Sequence record: DRR723986_2999
DNA: 42,698 nt
Strand: one strand, 5' to 3'
In this document: positions 29,198 through 38,468 of the stretch, one piece after another
Layout of the letters: each line of letters starts with the position of its first letter
Position numbering within the stretch: position 1 is the first letter of the stretch
Translations under genes and position numbers: made by a program
Notes under the pieces: model-generated
What the model saw: only the letters and a program-made list of their open reading frames with translations
Databases searched by the model: none
What the model was told of the DNA's origin: nothing

Positions 29198-29536
29198 TTA
29201 CCGAACGAATTCGACGGTCACGAAAACAAGTTCCGCTTCACCCGTGTTGGTGAGATCGTGCACGAAGGCCGTATCCGGCGACAGATCCGACATATGCCGG
29301 GTATCACCCGCCCTGTAGGTCACGTCCAGAATGCGGCCATCCGCCTGACGAGAAGTCGCCTTGCCATCGGTCAGGACGCTCCAGAAATAAGGCCGCTCGT
29401 GCCGGTGGGCGGGCAGTGTCTCTCCCGGCGCCAGTCGAAGATGCCAGACTTTCACGCCGTTTACTTCCGACACCAGATGCGTCCCGACCCTGTCGGTCGC
29501 CATTGCGATCTCTGCCTTGCTCATTGGGTTGGTCAT
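29198..29536 (-). CDS. Cupin domain protein
   Basis: LAPGE.LPAHRH and HDLTNTG...LVFVTVEF. ATGA overlap with the OYE stop. Confidence 0.85.
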   Translation of the reverse strand: MTNPMSKAEIAMATDRVGTHLVSEVNGVKVWHLRLAPGETLPAHRHERPYFWSVLTDGKATSRQADGRILDVTYRAGDTRHMSDLSPDTAFVHDLTNTGEAELVFVTVEFVR

Positions 29537-30624
29537 GCTGCCACCGGATAGCTTGTGTAACCTGCGGCATCGCCACCGAAGAGCGTCGACCCGTCGAAAT
29601 CGGCAAGCGGCAATCCATCCGCCAGGCGGCGCGGAAAGTCCGGGTTCGCGATGAAAGGACGACCGAAGGCAACGAGGTCCGCATATCCATCTGCAAGGAT
29701 CCGGTCTGCCTTCACCTTGGTATAGCCACCGGCAACAATGACGGTACCGGAGTAGACCTCTCGCAAGGCAGCCCGGAAGCTTTCGGGCGTTTCAGGCGCG
29801 TCGTCCCAATCGGCCTCGGCAAGATGAACATAGGCAAGACCGATCTTGTCCAGTTCCCCGGCGAGCTTCAGGATCGTCTCAGGTGCTGCCGGATCGTCCA
29901 TGCCGCGCTGGGTGATGAAGGGTGAAAAGCGAATGCCGGTCCGCTCCGCCCCCATGACTTTTGAAACGGCATCGGCCACTTCCCGCGCAAACCGGATGCG
30001 GTTTTCCTGACTGCCGCCATAAGCATCCGTCCGCCGATTGGAGGTCGATCGCAGGAATTCGTCGATCAGATACCCATTGGCGGCATGGATCTCGACACCG
30101 TCAAACCCGGCTGCCCTGGCGTTGGCTGCAGCTGTCTGGTAGTCCTCGACGATGGCAGAAATCTCTTCAGCCGTGAGTGCTCGCGGAACGGGACATTCGA
30201 TCATGCCACCCTGCCCGGTCTCCGGATCAACCGCCCAGATGGACGCACCCGGGGCGATGGCCGAAGGAGCGACCGGCTGGCCTCCACCCTGGAACTGGGC
30301 ATGGCTCATGCGGCCGACATGCCAGAGCTGCAACACCATGCGTCCGCCTTTTTGGTGAACGGCGTCCGTCACCTTGCGCCAGCCATCGACCTGTTCCGCC
30401 GAATGGATACCGGGAGTGAGGCTGTAACCCTGGCCCTGCGGTGAGATCTGCGTGGCCTCGCTGACAATCATCCCGGCGCTTGCCCGTTGGGCGTAATAGT
30501 CCGCCATCATGTCATTGGGCACATTGCCCGGCTGCGTACTGCGCGAGCGCGTCATGGGAGCCATCACGATGCGCGACGGCAGGGCAAGCGGACCGAGGTC
30601 ATATCGGTCGAACAGGCTGGTCAT
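29533..30624 (-). CDS. Old Yellow Enzyme family alkene reductase (NemA-like)
   Basis: MAPMTRSR, YYAQRAS, QLWHVGR, EIHAANGYL (HxxN and Tyr), FGRPFIANPD. Start MTSLF at 30624. Confidence 0.94.
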   Translation of the reverse strand: MTSLFDRYDLGPLALPSRIVMAPMTRSRSTQPGNVPNDMMADYYAQRASAGMIVSEATQISPQGQGYSLTPGIHSAEQVDGWRKVTDAVHQKGGRMVLQLWHVGRMSHAQFQGGGQPVAPSAIAPGASIWAVDPETGQGGMIECPVPRALTAEEISAIVEDYQTAAANARAAGFDGVEIHAANGYLIDEFLRSTSNRRTDAYGGSQENRIRFAREVADAVSKVMGAERTGIRFSPFITQRGMDDPAAPETILKLAGELDKIGLAYVHLAEADWDDAPETPESFRAALREVYSGTVIVAGGYTKVKADRILADGYADLVAFGRPFIANPDFPRRLADGLPLADFDGSTLFGGDAAGYTSYPVAA

Positions 30625-30644
30625 GGAAAGTCCTTTCACAAACG

Positions 30645-31316
30645 TCAGTTGATCAGGGCGCCGCCGTCGACATCGATCACGGCACCGGTCATGGAAGGGT
30701 TGTCGATCAGGAGGAGATAGGCCGCCGCCACATCCGCCGGCTTTGCGAAACGCCCGGCGGGAAGGGTCTCAGCAGCCTTGTTCAGCATGGCTGTCCGGGC
30801 AGCTGGATCCATTGCGGCGTAAGCGGATGTATCGGTAAGGCCCGGGCTGACGACATTGACCCGGACGGGAGCAAGCTCCTTCGCCAGCACCTTGGCACCT
30901 GCCTCCAGCGCCGCATTCATTGTGGTTTTCACAAAGGTTCCGGGAACCGTTCGCCGCGCTAGAAAACCGCTGGTGAATGTTATGGTACCGCCCGGTCGAA
31001 CATGCTTGGCCGCAGCTTGCGCCACTGCGACCGCACCCCAGAATTTCGTATCGAAAGCGGTTTTGGCTGCCTTGAGATCAAGACCGGACACAGGTCCACC
31101 CGGTGCCTGGCTGCCAGCCGTGAAAACCACATGGTCAACCGGACCGATCGCGGCGAAATAGACAGCAACCTTTTTCGGGTCTTCAACGTCCAGTCCATTG
31201 GCGCGCCCTGCGCGCAAGACCTCTCCCGGCCGGCTTTCCAGCGCGTCGGCCACGGCACTTCCGATGCCGGATGTACCGCCAATGACCACGGTTCTTGTTT
31301 CCTGGGTAAATGCCAT
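30645..31316 (-). CDS. Short-chain dehydrogenase/reductase, atypical active site
   Basis: VIGGTSGIG, VRVNVVSPG, MTGAVIDVDGG; no YxxxK at the expected position (FVKTTMNAALE). Confidence 0.88.
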   Translation of the reverse strand: MAFTQETRTVVIGGTSGIGSAVADALESRPGEVLRAGRANGLDVEDPKKVAVYFAAIGPVDHVVFTAGSQAPGGPVSGLDLKAAKTAFDTKFWGAVAVAQAAAKHVRPGGTITFTSGFLARRTVPGTFVKTTMNAALEAGAKVLAKELAPVRVNVVSPGLTDTSAYAAMDPAARTAMLNKAAETLPAGRFAKPADVAAAYLLLIDNPSMTGAVIDVDGGALIN

Positions 31317-31317
31317 C

Positions 31318-31707
31318 TCACGCACTCCTTTGGTCGGTTTCCCGGAAGACGGTTTCAATCAGCTGACCGGTGGGCGTGCGAAAGAACAGACGACGCTCGC
31401 CCAGTTCCGGCAGCTCCATGGGGGAATAGGCAATGCCAAGCCGTTCCAGCTTTGCCCGGAAGGCCTCGTAACCTTCGAGGCGGAAACCGATGTGGTCCCA
31501 GCCGTCGGCCTGCCGATCCTCTTCTGCGTGTGGAGGAATTCCGATCAGATGAATGAGAGGTTCATTGCCGTAGTAGAGCCAGTGCCCCGGAATTTGGCGG
31601 ATGCGGCGAGGACGCGGACGCTCCTCCAGACCGTCGAAGACCCGAAGGAAGAAGGCACGTGTCGTCACCAGATCGTGGGTTCTAATGGTGATATGATCGA
31701 GCAGCAT
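31318..31707 (-). CDS. VOC/glyoxalase family protein
   Basis: LDHITIRT, IHLI, WDHIGF, LFFRTPTGQLIE. Confidence 0.88.
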   Translation of the reverse strand: MLLDHITIRTHDLVTTRAFFLRVFDGLEERPRPRRIRQIPGHWLYYGNEPLIHLIGIPPHAEEDRQADGWDHIGFRLEGYEAFRAKLERLGIAYSPMELPELGERRLFFRTPTGQLIETVFRETDQRSA

Positions 31708-31824
31708 CCCGTTTCCTTTCCGGCAGCAATCATCTGACTGCCGTTGTTGCCCACGAACCTAATGCTTGCGACAGAGCCAGATAATTGAGACAATTCCGAA
31801 ACCAAAATTCGGAATTTTCGAATA

Positions 31825-32703
31825 ATGATGGACAATCTCGCACTGTTCGTGCGCATTGCAGAAACGGGAGGCATTGCCTCCGCGGGCAGGGAGATGGGCT
31901 ATTCCCCCGCTACGACGTCCGAGCGGCTGGCAGCACTTGAGGCTCACTATGGCGTCAGGTTACTGACACGGAGCACGCGCGCCCTCAGTCTGACCGAGGA
32001 AGGGCGCTTGATGCTGGACGGCGCCCGTCGCCTGCTCGCCGAGGCCGAAGAGCTGGATGCCCGTATCCGGTTAGGCGCGGAAAGACTGGCCGGACCCATT
32101 CGCCTGTCAGCACCGCTTGACCTCGGCAGAACACGCCTTCGGGCAGTGCTGGATCGGTTTCTGGAAGCTCATCCGGACGTGACGATCGATCTTCACCTGA
32201 GCGACGGTTTCGTGGACGTTGCCTCGCAGGGGTACGACCTTGCGATCCGGTATGGTGAGTTGAAGGATTCAACACTTATCGTCCGCAAGCTTGCGGCCAG
32301 CGCCCGGATTGTCTGTGCGGCTCCGTCTTACGTGGAACGCCATGGCCGTCCGCACCATCCCCGGGACCTTGCCCGGCACGATTGCCTGCTGATGCGTTTT
32401 GGCTCCGAGCCCGACAATGCCTGGCAGTTCCTGATCGACGGGAAGATAGTGCGCTGTCCGGTCAGTGGGCGGCGCACGGCAAATGACGGCGGGCTGGTGC
32501 GCGACTGGTGTCTCGCCGGGTTCGGGATTGCCCGCAAGTCCCAGTGGGATGTTGCTGAAGACCTGGCAGCGGGCAAACTCGTGCCATTGCTGCGGGAATT
32601 CGAGCTGCCCCCCGCCGGGCTACAGGCTGTTTATCCAAAAGGCCGGTCAGGGGTGCGGCGGATCAAGGCCTTGCTGGAGGAACTGGAAACTGCATTCAAA
32701 TAA
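31825..32703 (+). CDS. LysR family regulator divergent from the VOC-SDR-OYE-cupin operon
   Basis: LEAHYGVRLLTRSTR.LSLTEEG and GYDLAIR; CrgA-like substrate domain. Confidence 0.93.
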   Translation: MMDNLALFVRIAETGGIASAGREMGYSPATTSERLAALEAHYGVRLLTRSTRALSLTEEGRLMLDGARRLLAEAEELDARIRLGAERLAGPIRLSAPLDLGRTRLRAVLDRFLEAHPDVTIDLHLSDGFVDVASQGYDLAIRYGELKDSTLIVRKLAASARIVCAAPSYVERHGRPHHPRDLARHDCLLMRFGSEPDNAWQFLIDGKIVRCPVSGRRTANDGGLVRDWCLAGFGIARKSQWDVAEDLAAGKLVPLLREFELPPAGLQAVYPKGRSGVRRIKALLEELETAFK

Positions 32704-32728
32704 ACGCAGTCCAGCCGACAGCGATTGG

Positions 32729-33709
32729 TCAGTCGTATTCGGGCCAGACTGCGCCCCCTGCCCCGTCCGGCCGGTACTCCAGCCGTCCCTTTTGAATCTG
32801 CCATTCGATGTAATATTCGCCCGTACTCTCGACGACGGGTTCAGCGCCCCGGACCACCGGGTCGAACAGGGTCAGACGCTGTGAATGTGCGCCCTTGTGG
32901 CAAACCGCGACAAAAAGCGGACGTTCCGGGTCTTCGCGCATGGTGTAGATACCGTCCTGCTCGCAATTGTCCGCATCACCCGAACAAAACGAGCAGCCAG
33001 AGATATCGAGTGGAACGACCTCTCCGGACACACTGTCCGACACGACGATCCGGGCGTCTGGCGTGGGCTCGAATGTCCACGACAGGGAGCTGCCCACAAT
33101 CTCGACTGCTTCGCCCGGCACCGGCTCGCCCTTCCGGCTTGCGTCTTCGACCAGTTCGTAGGAAGGGCACCACGGATTGGCAAAATCCTCCAGTAAAGCC
33201 AGCGCCTCGCTTTGCTGAAGTGCCAGCGTCATCTCGCAGGACGCCATGTTGATATAGGACGCGGTATTTCCCGGGAGCTTGCCAAGCAATCCGCATTCGC
33301 TCTGGCGCAGCGCTTCCCAGGTTTTTCCACCTTCAAACAGCTGTTTCGTATGCGCGGGATTGCAGAGCCGTTCAGCGAGTTTTTCGCGTCTGCGGTCCAG
33401 TTCCGCCCGCCGTTCCGCTGCCCGGTCCTCCAGGCACTCGCCAATCGCGGCGCCGCCGATCCGGTTCGCTGGATCCGCCTTGCAAGACGCAATCTCGGCT
33501 TCAAGACCCGCCGGCAATTTCGGTTCGGGATCGGGCGTCTGCGCGGTTGCCGCTGAACCTGTTCCGGCAAGGAGAACAATGAATGCCAGGAAAGGCCGTA
33601 GGGTTTTGCCGTGATCCAGCGTCGCAGAGGGCCGGGCAGCTTTGCCGCGCCTGACGGCTGTGGATTGCCCTAACCAATTCTTTCTCCCGCCAGTCACCGT
33701 GGCACTCAT
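32729..33709 (-). CDS. Exported protein with an LprI/DUF1311-like helical domain and a Cys-containing C-terminal domain
   Basis: Hydrophobic signal ending AATA. LprI-like pattern C...IGECL...W.ALRQSEC...MASCEM. C-terminal GCSFC...NC...CHKGAHS. Start uncertain. Confidence 0.6.
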   Translation of the reverse strand: MSATVTGGRKNWLGQSTAVRRGKAARPSATLDHGKTLRPFLAFIVLLAGTGSAATAQTPDPEPKLPAGLEAEIASCKADPANRIGGAAIGECLEDRAAERRAELDRRREKLAERLCNPAHTKQLFEGGKTWEALRQSECGLLGKLPGNTASYINMASCEMTLALQQSEALALLEDFANPWCPSYELVEDASRKGEPVPGEAVEIVGSSLSWTFEPTPDARIVVSDSVSGEVVPLDISGCSFCSGDADNCEQDGIYTMREDPERPLFVAVCHKGAHSQRLTLFDPVVRGAEPVVESTGEYYIEWQIQKGRLEYRPDGAGGAVWPEYD

Positions 33710-33860
33710 GGCATTCCCCCAGTTGCTGTTGACGACAGCGGTTGCTTGCGACGTCCTCGACAATCTTCATAAGCCGGATCAACCGTTTGTGAAACGCGAA
33801 TGCTCTAGCGCCGGAGACCTGGGCCTTGCATCCCCCAGATGGGCCATGGCCGGTAGACAC

Positions 33861-33893
33861 AAAAAAGCGGCGAACGGTCCAGCCGTTCGCCGC
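33861..33893 (-). terminator. Rho-independent terminator (minus strand)
   Basis: GCGGCGAACGG-tccag-CCGTTCGCCGC perfect 11-bp stem with an A6 run on its left, read as U6 on the minus strand. Confidence 0.8.
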
Positions 33894-33965
33894 GTGTTCA
33901 TCTCGTGCCGGTGCCGCTTTGTCCGAAGCGTCACCGGTCGGTTTCAGCCAGGATGGCAGCGATGT

Positions 33966-34205
33966 CTAGAGCATCATCAATCCGATGAAGACCATCACCA
34001 CCGCCAGCACACTCCAGGCCATGAGCTCCTGAAATTGAGACTGACGGGATTTGACCTCGCTCCAGGTGCGGGCTTGCGCACCGTGTCTCAAACCGAATTG
34101 CGGGTGGTTGATGGAAGCATCCGACACGTGCCGGAACCGGTCTCGCAGCTCTGCTGCCCGGCGGGCACCGCGGTCCTCGTTTATCGTCCGATACCTCAGT
34201 TGCAT
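33966..34205 (-). CDS. Small hypothetical protein with a C-terminal membrane anchor (79 aa)
   Basis: GGAGGA Shine-Dalgarno 7 nt before ATG 34205, C-terminal WSVLAVVMVFIGLMML, followed by a terminator. Confidence 0.6.
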   Translation of the reverse strand: MQLRYRTINEDRGARRAAELRDRFRHVSDASINHPQFGLRHGAQARTWSEVKSRQSQFQELMAWSVLAVVMVFIGLMML

Positions 34206-34354
34206 GTGTGCATCCTCCGTATGTGCCAGTCTGGCTGCGACGGAGGTAAGAAGCACAAAGCCCCTTTTCAAATGACGGATTTGTAATCTTTCCCGGCCGC
34301 CCTGCACATGGTGCCATCTGGCGGCTGACGGGAGTTTCGGCAGCCAGACGCGGA

Positions 34355-34897
34355 TCAGGCCACTGAAAGTTCCTTCGCCTTGGCCTTGTCTTTTTCCTTG
34401 GCTTCGGCTTCCGCGACTTCATCGCCGTCTGTGTCGAAATCGGCCTCGTGTTCCGGGTCGTCGTCGACGGAAATCGACAGGTTCTTCTCGACCTGCCGCA
34501 GCAGCTTCCGCAGTTTCTTACGGTCCTTGTCCTCCAGACCGGACATCGCTTCCCGTTCCAGACGCTTCCAGGCCTTGTCCACCGACAGCACCAGTTCACG
34601 GCCGACATCGGTCAGATAAACGCGGGCAAGTCGGCCGTCCGTGTCGGAAACCTGGCGGCGAACATATCCCTGACTGGAAAGCCGGGTCACCATCTTGGTG
34701 ACGGTGGGCGGCTGCACACCAAGCGCGAGAGCCAGCTGGCTCATTGTGCGCCCGTCCGTATCTGCCAGAACCTTCAGCACCAGTTCCTGGCCGGGGTGCA
34801 GCCCGATTCGCATGAGATGCCCCCCGGACCGGGCCCGCTGCGCCTTCGCCGCCTGAACCAGCCGAAACGTTATGCTTTTCTTGTAATTAAAAGCCAT
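34355..34897 (-). CDS. MarR family transcriptional regulator with an acidic C-terminal tail
   Basis: GLHPGQELVL, LGVQPPTVTKMVTRL, DGRLARVYLT. Confidence 0.9.
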   Translation of the reverse strand: MAFNYKKSITFRLVQAAKAQRARSGGHLMRIGLHPGQELVLKVLADTDGRTMSQLALALGVQPPTVTKMVTRLSSQGYVRRQVSDTDGRLARVYLTDVGRELVLSVDKAWKRLEREAMSGLEDKDRKKLRKLLRQVEKNLSISVDDDPEHEADFDTDGDEVAEAEAKEKDKAKAKELSVA

Positions 34898-35123
34898 CGC
34901 AGCAACCCCGTCTTCCAATCAACTCGAATCACGTTCATCTATGATGCGGCGGAACCCTAGCGGGAGTATTTAACCGTCAAATGACACTCGCCCGGGAAAA
35001 GTCGATTTTACTGAGACTGCGCAGACTTGGCGCCTGTTATCCAGCTAACTTTTGATGCACCGACCACTGACGTTCCTCTGTCGAACGGTGATACAGACCA
35101 TTACCACGGACATCCGGCGCCTT

Positions 35124-35912
35124 TCAAAGCGCGTCAGCCGGCTCCAGTGCACCATGCAGCGCATCGGAAACCTCACGGCAATATTGACTGTATTCGGTGG
35201 AAGTCCGGAAACTGTTGTCTCGCGGGTAAGGCGCGTCGATTTCCATCTCGCGCATCACCCGGCCTGGCCGGGCGGCCATCACCACGATACGACTGGAGAG
35301 ATAGACGGATTCGAATACCGAATGCGTCACGAAAAGCACGGTCCAGCCGAAGGTCTTCTGCAGGTGCAGCAGGTCGTTGTTAAGCTTGAACCGGGTGATT
35401 TCGTCAAGCGCGGCAAAGGGTTCGTCCATCAGAAGAACTTTTGGCCGGGTGACAAGCGCCCGGGCAATCGAGACCCGCATCTTCATGCCGCCGGACAACT
35501 GACGGGGAAAGTCTTCGGCAAAATCGGCCAGTCCGACGGTCGCAAGTGCTTCCATCACCCTGTCCCGGGCAGCCTGGCGAGATACGCCCTTTAACCGCAG
35601 TGGCAACCAGACATTGGCAAAAACCGTTGCCCACGGCATCAGGGTCGGCTCCTGGAACACGAACCCGAGCTCATGTTCCTCCTGCCCGCTTCGCTCCGCC
35701 GGCCAGGAAACTGTGCCCGTACTGGGATCGGACAATCCGGCGATGATCCTGAGCGCACTCGACTTGCCGCACCCGGATGGCCCAAGCAGGGACACGAATT
35801 CGCCCTCGCGTACATCCAGCGAGAAATCGTCGAGCGCGGTCGTGCCGTTTTCGAATACCTTGCCGATACCGTTCAGGGATACGACGACGGGGGCCTTCTT
35901 GTGTGACGTCAT
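35124..35912 (-). CDS. NitT/TauT-family ABC transporter ATP-binding subunit
   Basis: GPSGCGKS, VFQEPTLMPW, LSGGMKMRVSIARAL, LMDEPFAALD, VTHS. Confidence 0.94.
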   Translation of the reverse strand: MTSHKKAPVVVSLNGIGKVFENGTTALDDFSLDVREGEFVSLLGPSGCGKSSALRIIAGLSDPSTGTVSWPAERSGQEEHELGFVFQEPTLMPWATVFANVWLPLRLKGVSRQAARDRVMEALATVGLADFAEDFPRQLSGGMKMRVSIARALVTRPKVLLMDEPFAALDEITRFKLNNDLLHLQKTFGWTVLFVTHSVFESVYLSSRIVVMAARPGRVMREMEIDAPYPRDNSFRTSTEYSQYCREVSDALHGALEPADAL

Positions 35913-35961
35913 GTGATCGCTTCCAGCGTTCCCGTTATGTGAACCGTCTCCACAGTATCCG

Positions 35962-37122
35962 TCAGTCCTTGACCTTGAGTGCCCCTGCAAGCAGTGGAAT
36001 GGCAACCGTCAGCACCGCAACGGTGACGAACGACGCTCTCAGCGAGAGATAGTCGCCAACAAAGCCCAGCAGCGGCGGACCGAACAGAAAAGCTCCATAG
36101 CCAAGTGTCGCAACGGCCGCAAGGGCAGCCCCTTTCGACATGTGCGGATCACTGGCTGCCCGCGACATGGCAAGCGGAAACAGCACCGCATATCCAAGGC
36201 CCATCACGAAACAACCGGCCCACACAGACCACAGACCTGCGCCGGAGACCAGCAGGATGCACCCGAGCAGCGCGACGATACCACTGACCCGCGCGGTCGG
36301 CACCGGCCCGAAGCGGGCGATCACCTTGTCACCGGACAGGCGCATGATCACCATGGCGATAGAGAAAATCGTGAAAGCGGCGGGCGCGATCGACTCGGCA
36401 ATGCCAAGATCCTCAATCTGATAGAGCGCGGCCCAGTCCGTTACTGCGCCCTCGCCCAGCGCTGCCACCAGCGCCATCAGCCCGACCAGCACCAGAGCCC
36501 CCTTGGGCAGCGCGAAAAGCGGTGCCTTGCTGCCATCTTCGTTTTCCGTCTTGGTCTGCGGCCAGGATTGGCGCCAATACCAGACAAGGAATGGCGCCGC
36601 GACGATGCCCCACAGGACAAAATGCGACAGCACGCTGAGATCCGCCATGATCGCAAGCCCGCCGGCCAGGGCAGCAACACCCGCACCCAGGCTGTACAGC
36701 CCGTGATAGGAGGACATGATCGGACGCTCCAGCGCCTTTTCCACTTCAGCACCCCAGCCGTTCATGGAAATATCCAGCGCACCAATGCTCAGCCCTGCCA
36801 GGAACAATGCCGCTGTCAGCAAGGCCACGTTGGGCGAAAGACCGATCAGAACGAAACTGATGATGTTGGCGACCGCCAGCAACTTTGTCATGGGGGCCGC
36901 GCCCAGGCGGTCGATCAGCATTCCGGTTATGGGAAAGGCGACAAACGCACCGCAAGCCATGACAAGCAGAAGAATGCCGAAGCCACTTTCATCGAGACCG
37001 GTTGCAGACTTGATATTGGGAATTCGCGATGCCCACGTACCGATACTGGTTCCGCACATGAAGAAGATCGCCGAAACGACACGACGCGCGGCAATGGCTT
37101 GGCGCTGAATTGAAACTGACAT
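35962..37122 (-). CDS. MFS transporter
   Basis: About twelve TM helices, WASRIP, IDRLG, DISMN, IMSSYHG, EGAVTDW, GPPLLG. Confidence 0.9.
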   Translation of the reverse strand: MSVSIQRQAIAARRVVSAIFFMCGTSIGTWASRIPNIKSATGLDESGFGILLLVMACGAFVAFPITGMLIDRLGAAPMTKLLAVANIISFVLIGLSPNVALLTAALFLAGLSIGALDISMNGWGAEVEKALERPIMSSYHGLYSLGAGVAALAGGLAIMADLSVLSHFVLWGIVAAPFLVWYWRQSWPQTKTENEDGSKAPLFALPKGALVLVGLMALVAALGEGAVTDWAALYQIEDLGIAESIAPAAFTIFSIAMVIMRLSGDKVIARFGPVPTARVSGIVALLGCILLVSGAGLWSVWAGCFVMGLGYAVLFPLAMSRAASDPHMSKGAALAAVATLGYGAFLFGPPLLGFVGDYLSLRASFVTVAVLTVAIPLLAGALKVKD

Positions 37123-37300
37123 GGAGCTAACATTTTCTGGGAGGGCGAGCGCCCGAAAGGGAGCCGTCTTTCTGTCACGCAAGTGCCAGCCTGACAAGCA
37201 TCATTCCGGGTGAAATGAGCAGCGCCTTAAACCAGCTTCCGCGATAGGAAAAAATGCCTGCAGCCAGGTCTCGATTCTACGCGGGACCAGGATTGCCGGC

Positions 37301-38296
37301 TCAAGTGGCCAGCCCGGACAGACGGGACTGGATTTCATTGGTCCGCTCCACTGCGGACTGATAGGCGGAAATGGCTGCAGCGGTTTCCGCCCGGGCCCTG
37401 TCCCCGCTCGTTCCGCCAGCATTCTCGTCACTATCCGAGCCGCCAGAATTGTTCCGGCCGGTCGTGCTGTCCGCGCCGACAGTTTCAGGATCGGGACCGG
37501 AGGCGGAATTGACATTCCCGTCGTCATCATCCCCGGACAGTTCTTCCGACTTCTTCTGCCGGACTTCTGCCTGCGCTTCGGAAATCTGGGCCCTTGCCTG
37601 CTGCGCCACCTTCAGATCCTGAGAAGACGGATCGGCAGGTGCGGTCGCAGCGCGAATGACGACCTGCATCTTGCGGATCGTGGCTTCCGGTGTGCGTTCC
37701 CTGGAGGTATCGATCTGGACCTCGCCCCCTATGGCATACCGCTTGCCGTCCGGTCCCTGCTGAAAGGTGTAGCTGGGCGCCCCGGCATAAGCACCGCCAA
37801 CACGGGCATGTGCCTGCTCATGGGCACGGACTTCCTGGTCCCGCTGTTTCAATTTGTCGACCTGCTTTTCCTCGGCCTGGTCAAGGCCGTCGCCATCAGG
37901 ATCTTCGTCCTTTGCAGCATCATCCTGTGCCTGGCCAGCTCCACCGCTGGCGGCTTCGGTCTCCGCATCAGCACTGTCGCCAGCAGGCGCCGCATTTGCG
38001 GGCGTTCCGGTCTCGGTCTCTTCGCTTTCGGGATTTCCAGGTGCAGTCACCTGGCGGGATCTACCTGGCGCATCGGCAGACCCGTCGGCTTCCTGCAGGG
38101 CGATCACGGCTTGTGCGGTCAGGATCGGCGTATTGCCGGCACGGGCAGAGATTGCCTGGGCACTTGCCTGGCTTGCACGCGCAGAAGCCTGGTCCCGGCC
38201 CTGGGTATTTTCCCCAGAACCAGGATCGCGTTCAGCCGCGACACCGCTTCCTCTCAGGATCGTTGCCGGCGTATTTGACAGGATTGCGCCGATCAT
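37301..38296 (-). CDS. SprA-related / putative metalloprotease (HExxH) family protein
   Basis: Core KLKQRDQEVRAHEQAH...YTFQQGPDGKRYAIGGEVQID...AATAPADPSSQDLKVA, with low-complexity acidic flanks. Confidence 0.85.
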   Translation of the reverse strand: MIGAILSNTPATILRGSGVAAERDPGSGENTQGRDQASARASQASAQAISARAGNTPILTAQAVIALQEADGSADAPGRSRQVTAPGNPESEETETGTPANAAPAGDSADAETEAASGGAGQAQDDAAKDEDPDGDGLDQAEEKQVDKLKQRDQEVRAHEQAHARVGGAYAGAPSYTFQQGPDGKRYAIGGEVQIDTSRERTPEATIRKMQVVIRAATAPADPSSQDLKVAQQARAQISEAQAEVRQKKSEELSGDDDDGNVNSASGPDPETVGADSTTGRNNSGGSDSDENAGGTSGDRARAETAAAISAYQSAVERTNEIQSRLSGLAT

Positions 38297-38330
38297 GGGG
38301 CGGATTGTCCCAAAAAGGCGTCAGCAAATT

Positions 38331-38350
38331 CTAAACACCGGTTAAGAATC
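38331..38350 (-). promoter_or_regulatory. Putative CtrA box with an adjacent CcrM GANTC site
   Basis: The minus strand reads TTAA-CCGGTGT-TTAG (38345-38331), one mismatch from TTAA-N7-TTAA. GAATC lies at 38346-38350. About 35 bp upstream of the SprA-related start. Confidence 0.5.
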
Positions 38351-38468
38351 CGGCATCATAAGTTCGTGAAGACCCTCTCGCTCAATGGCCGTTCTGCTAC
38401 CGCCTCTTGCCTGCCCGGACACGCTATGCAAAGGAGAAAGTGACCTATCTTCAAAGCGGAACGGATCC

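Noticed and set aside
21800-33900. Possible mobile element or genomic island carrying the STAND locus
   Set aside because: I saw no integrase, transposase, tRNA target or flanking direct repeats, and base composition looks similar to the flanks by eye. Accessory status needs comparative genomics.
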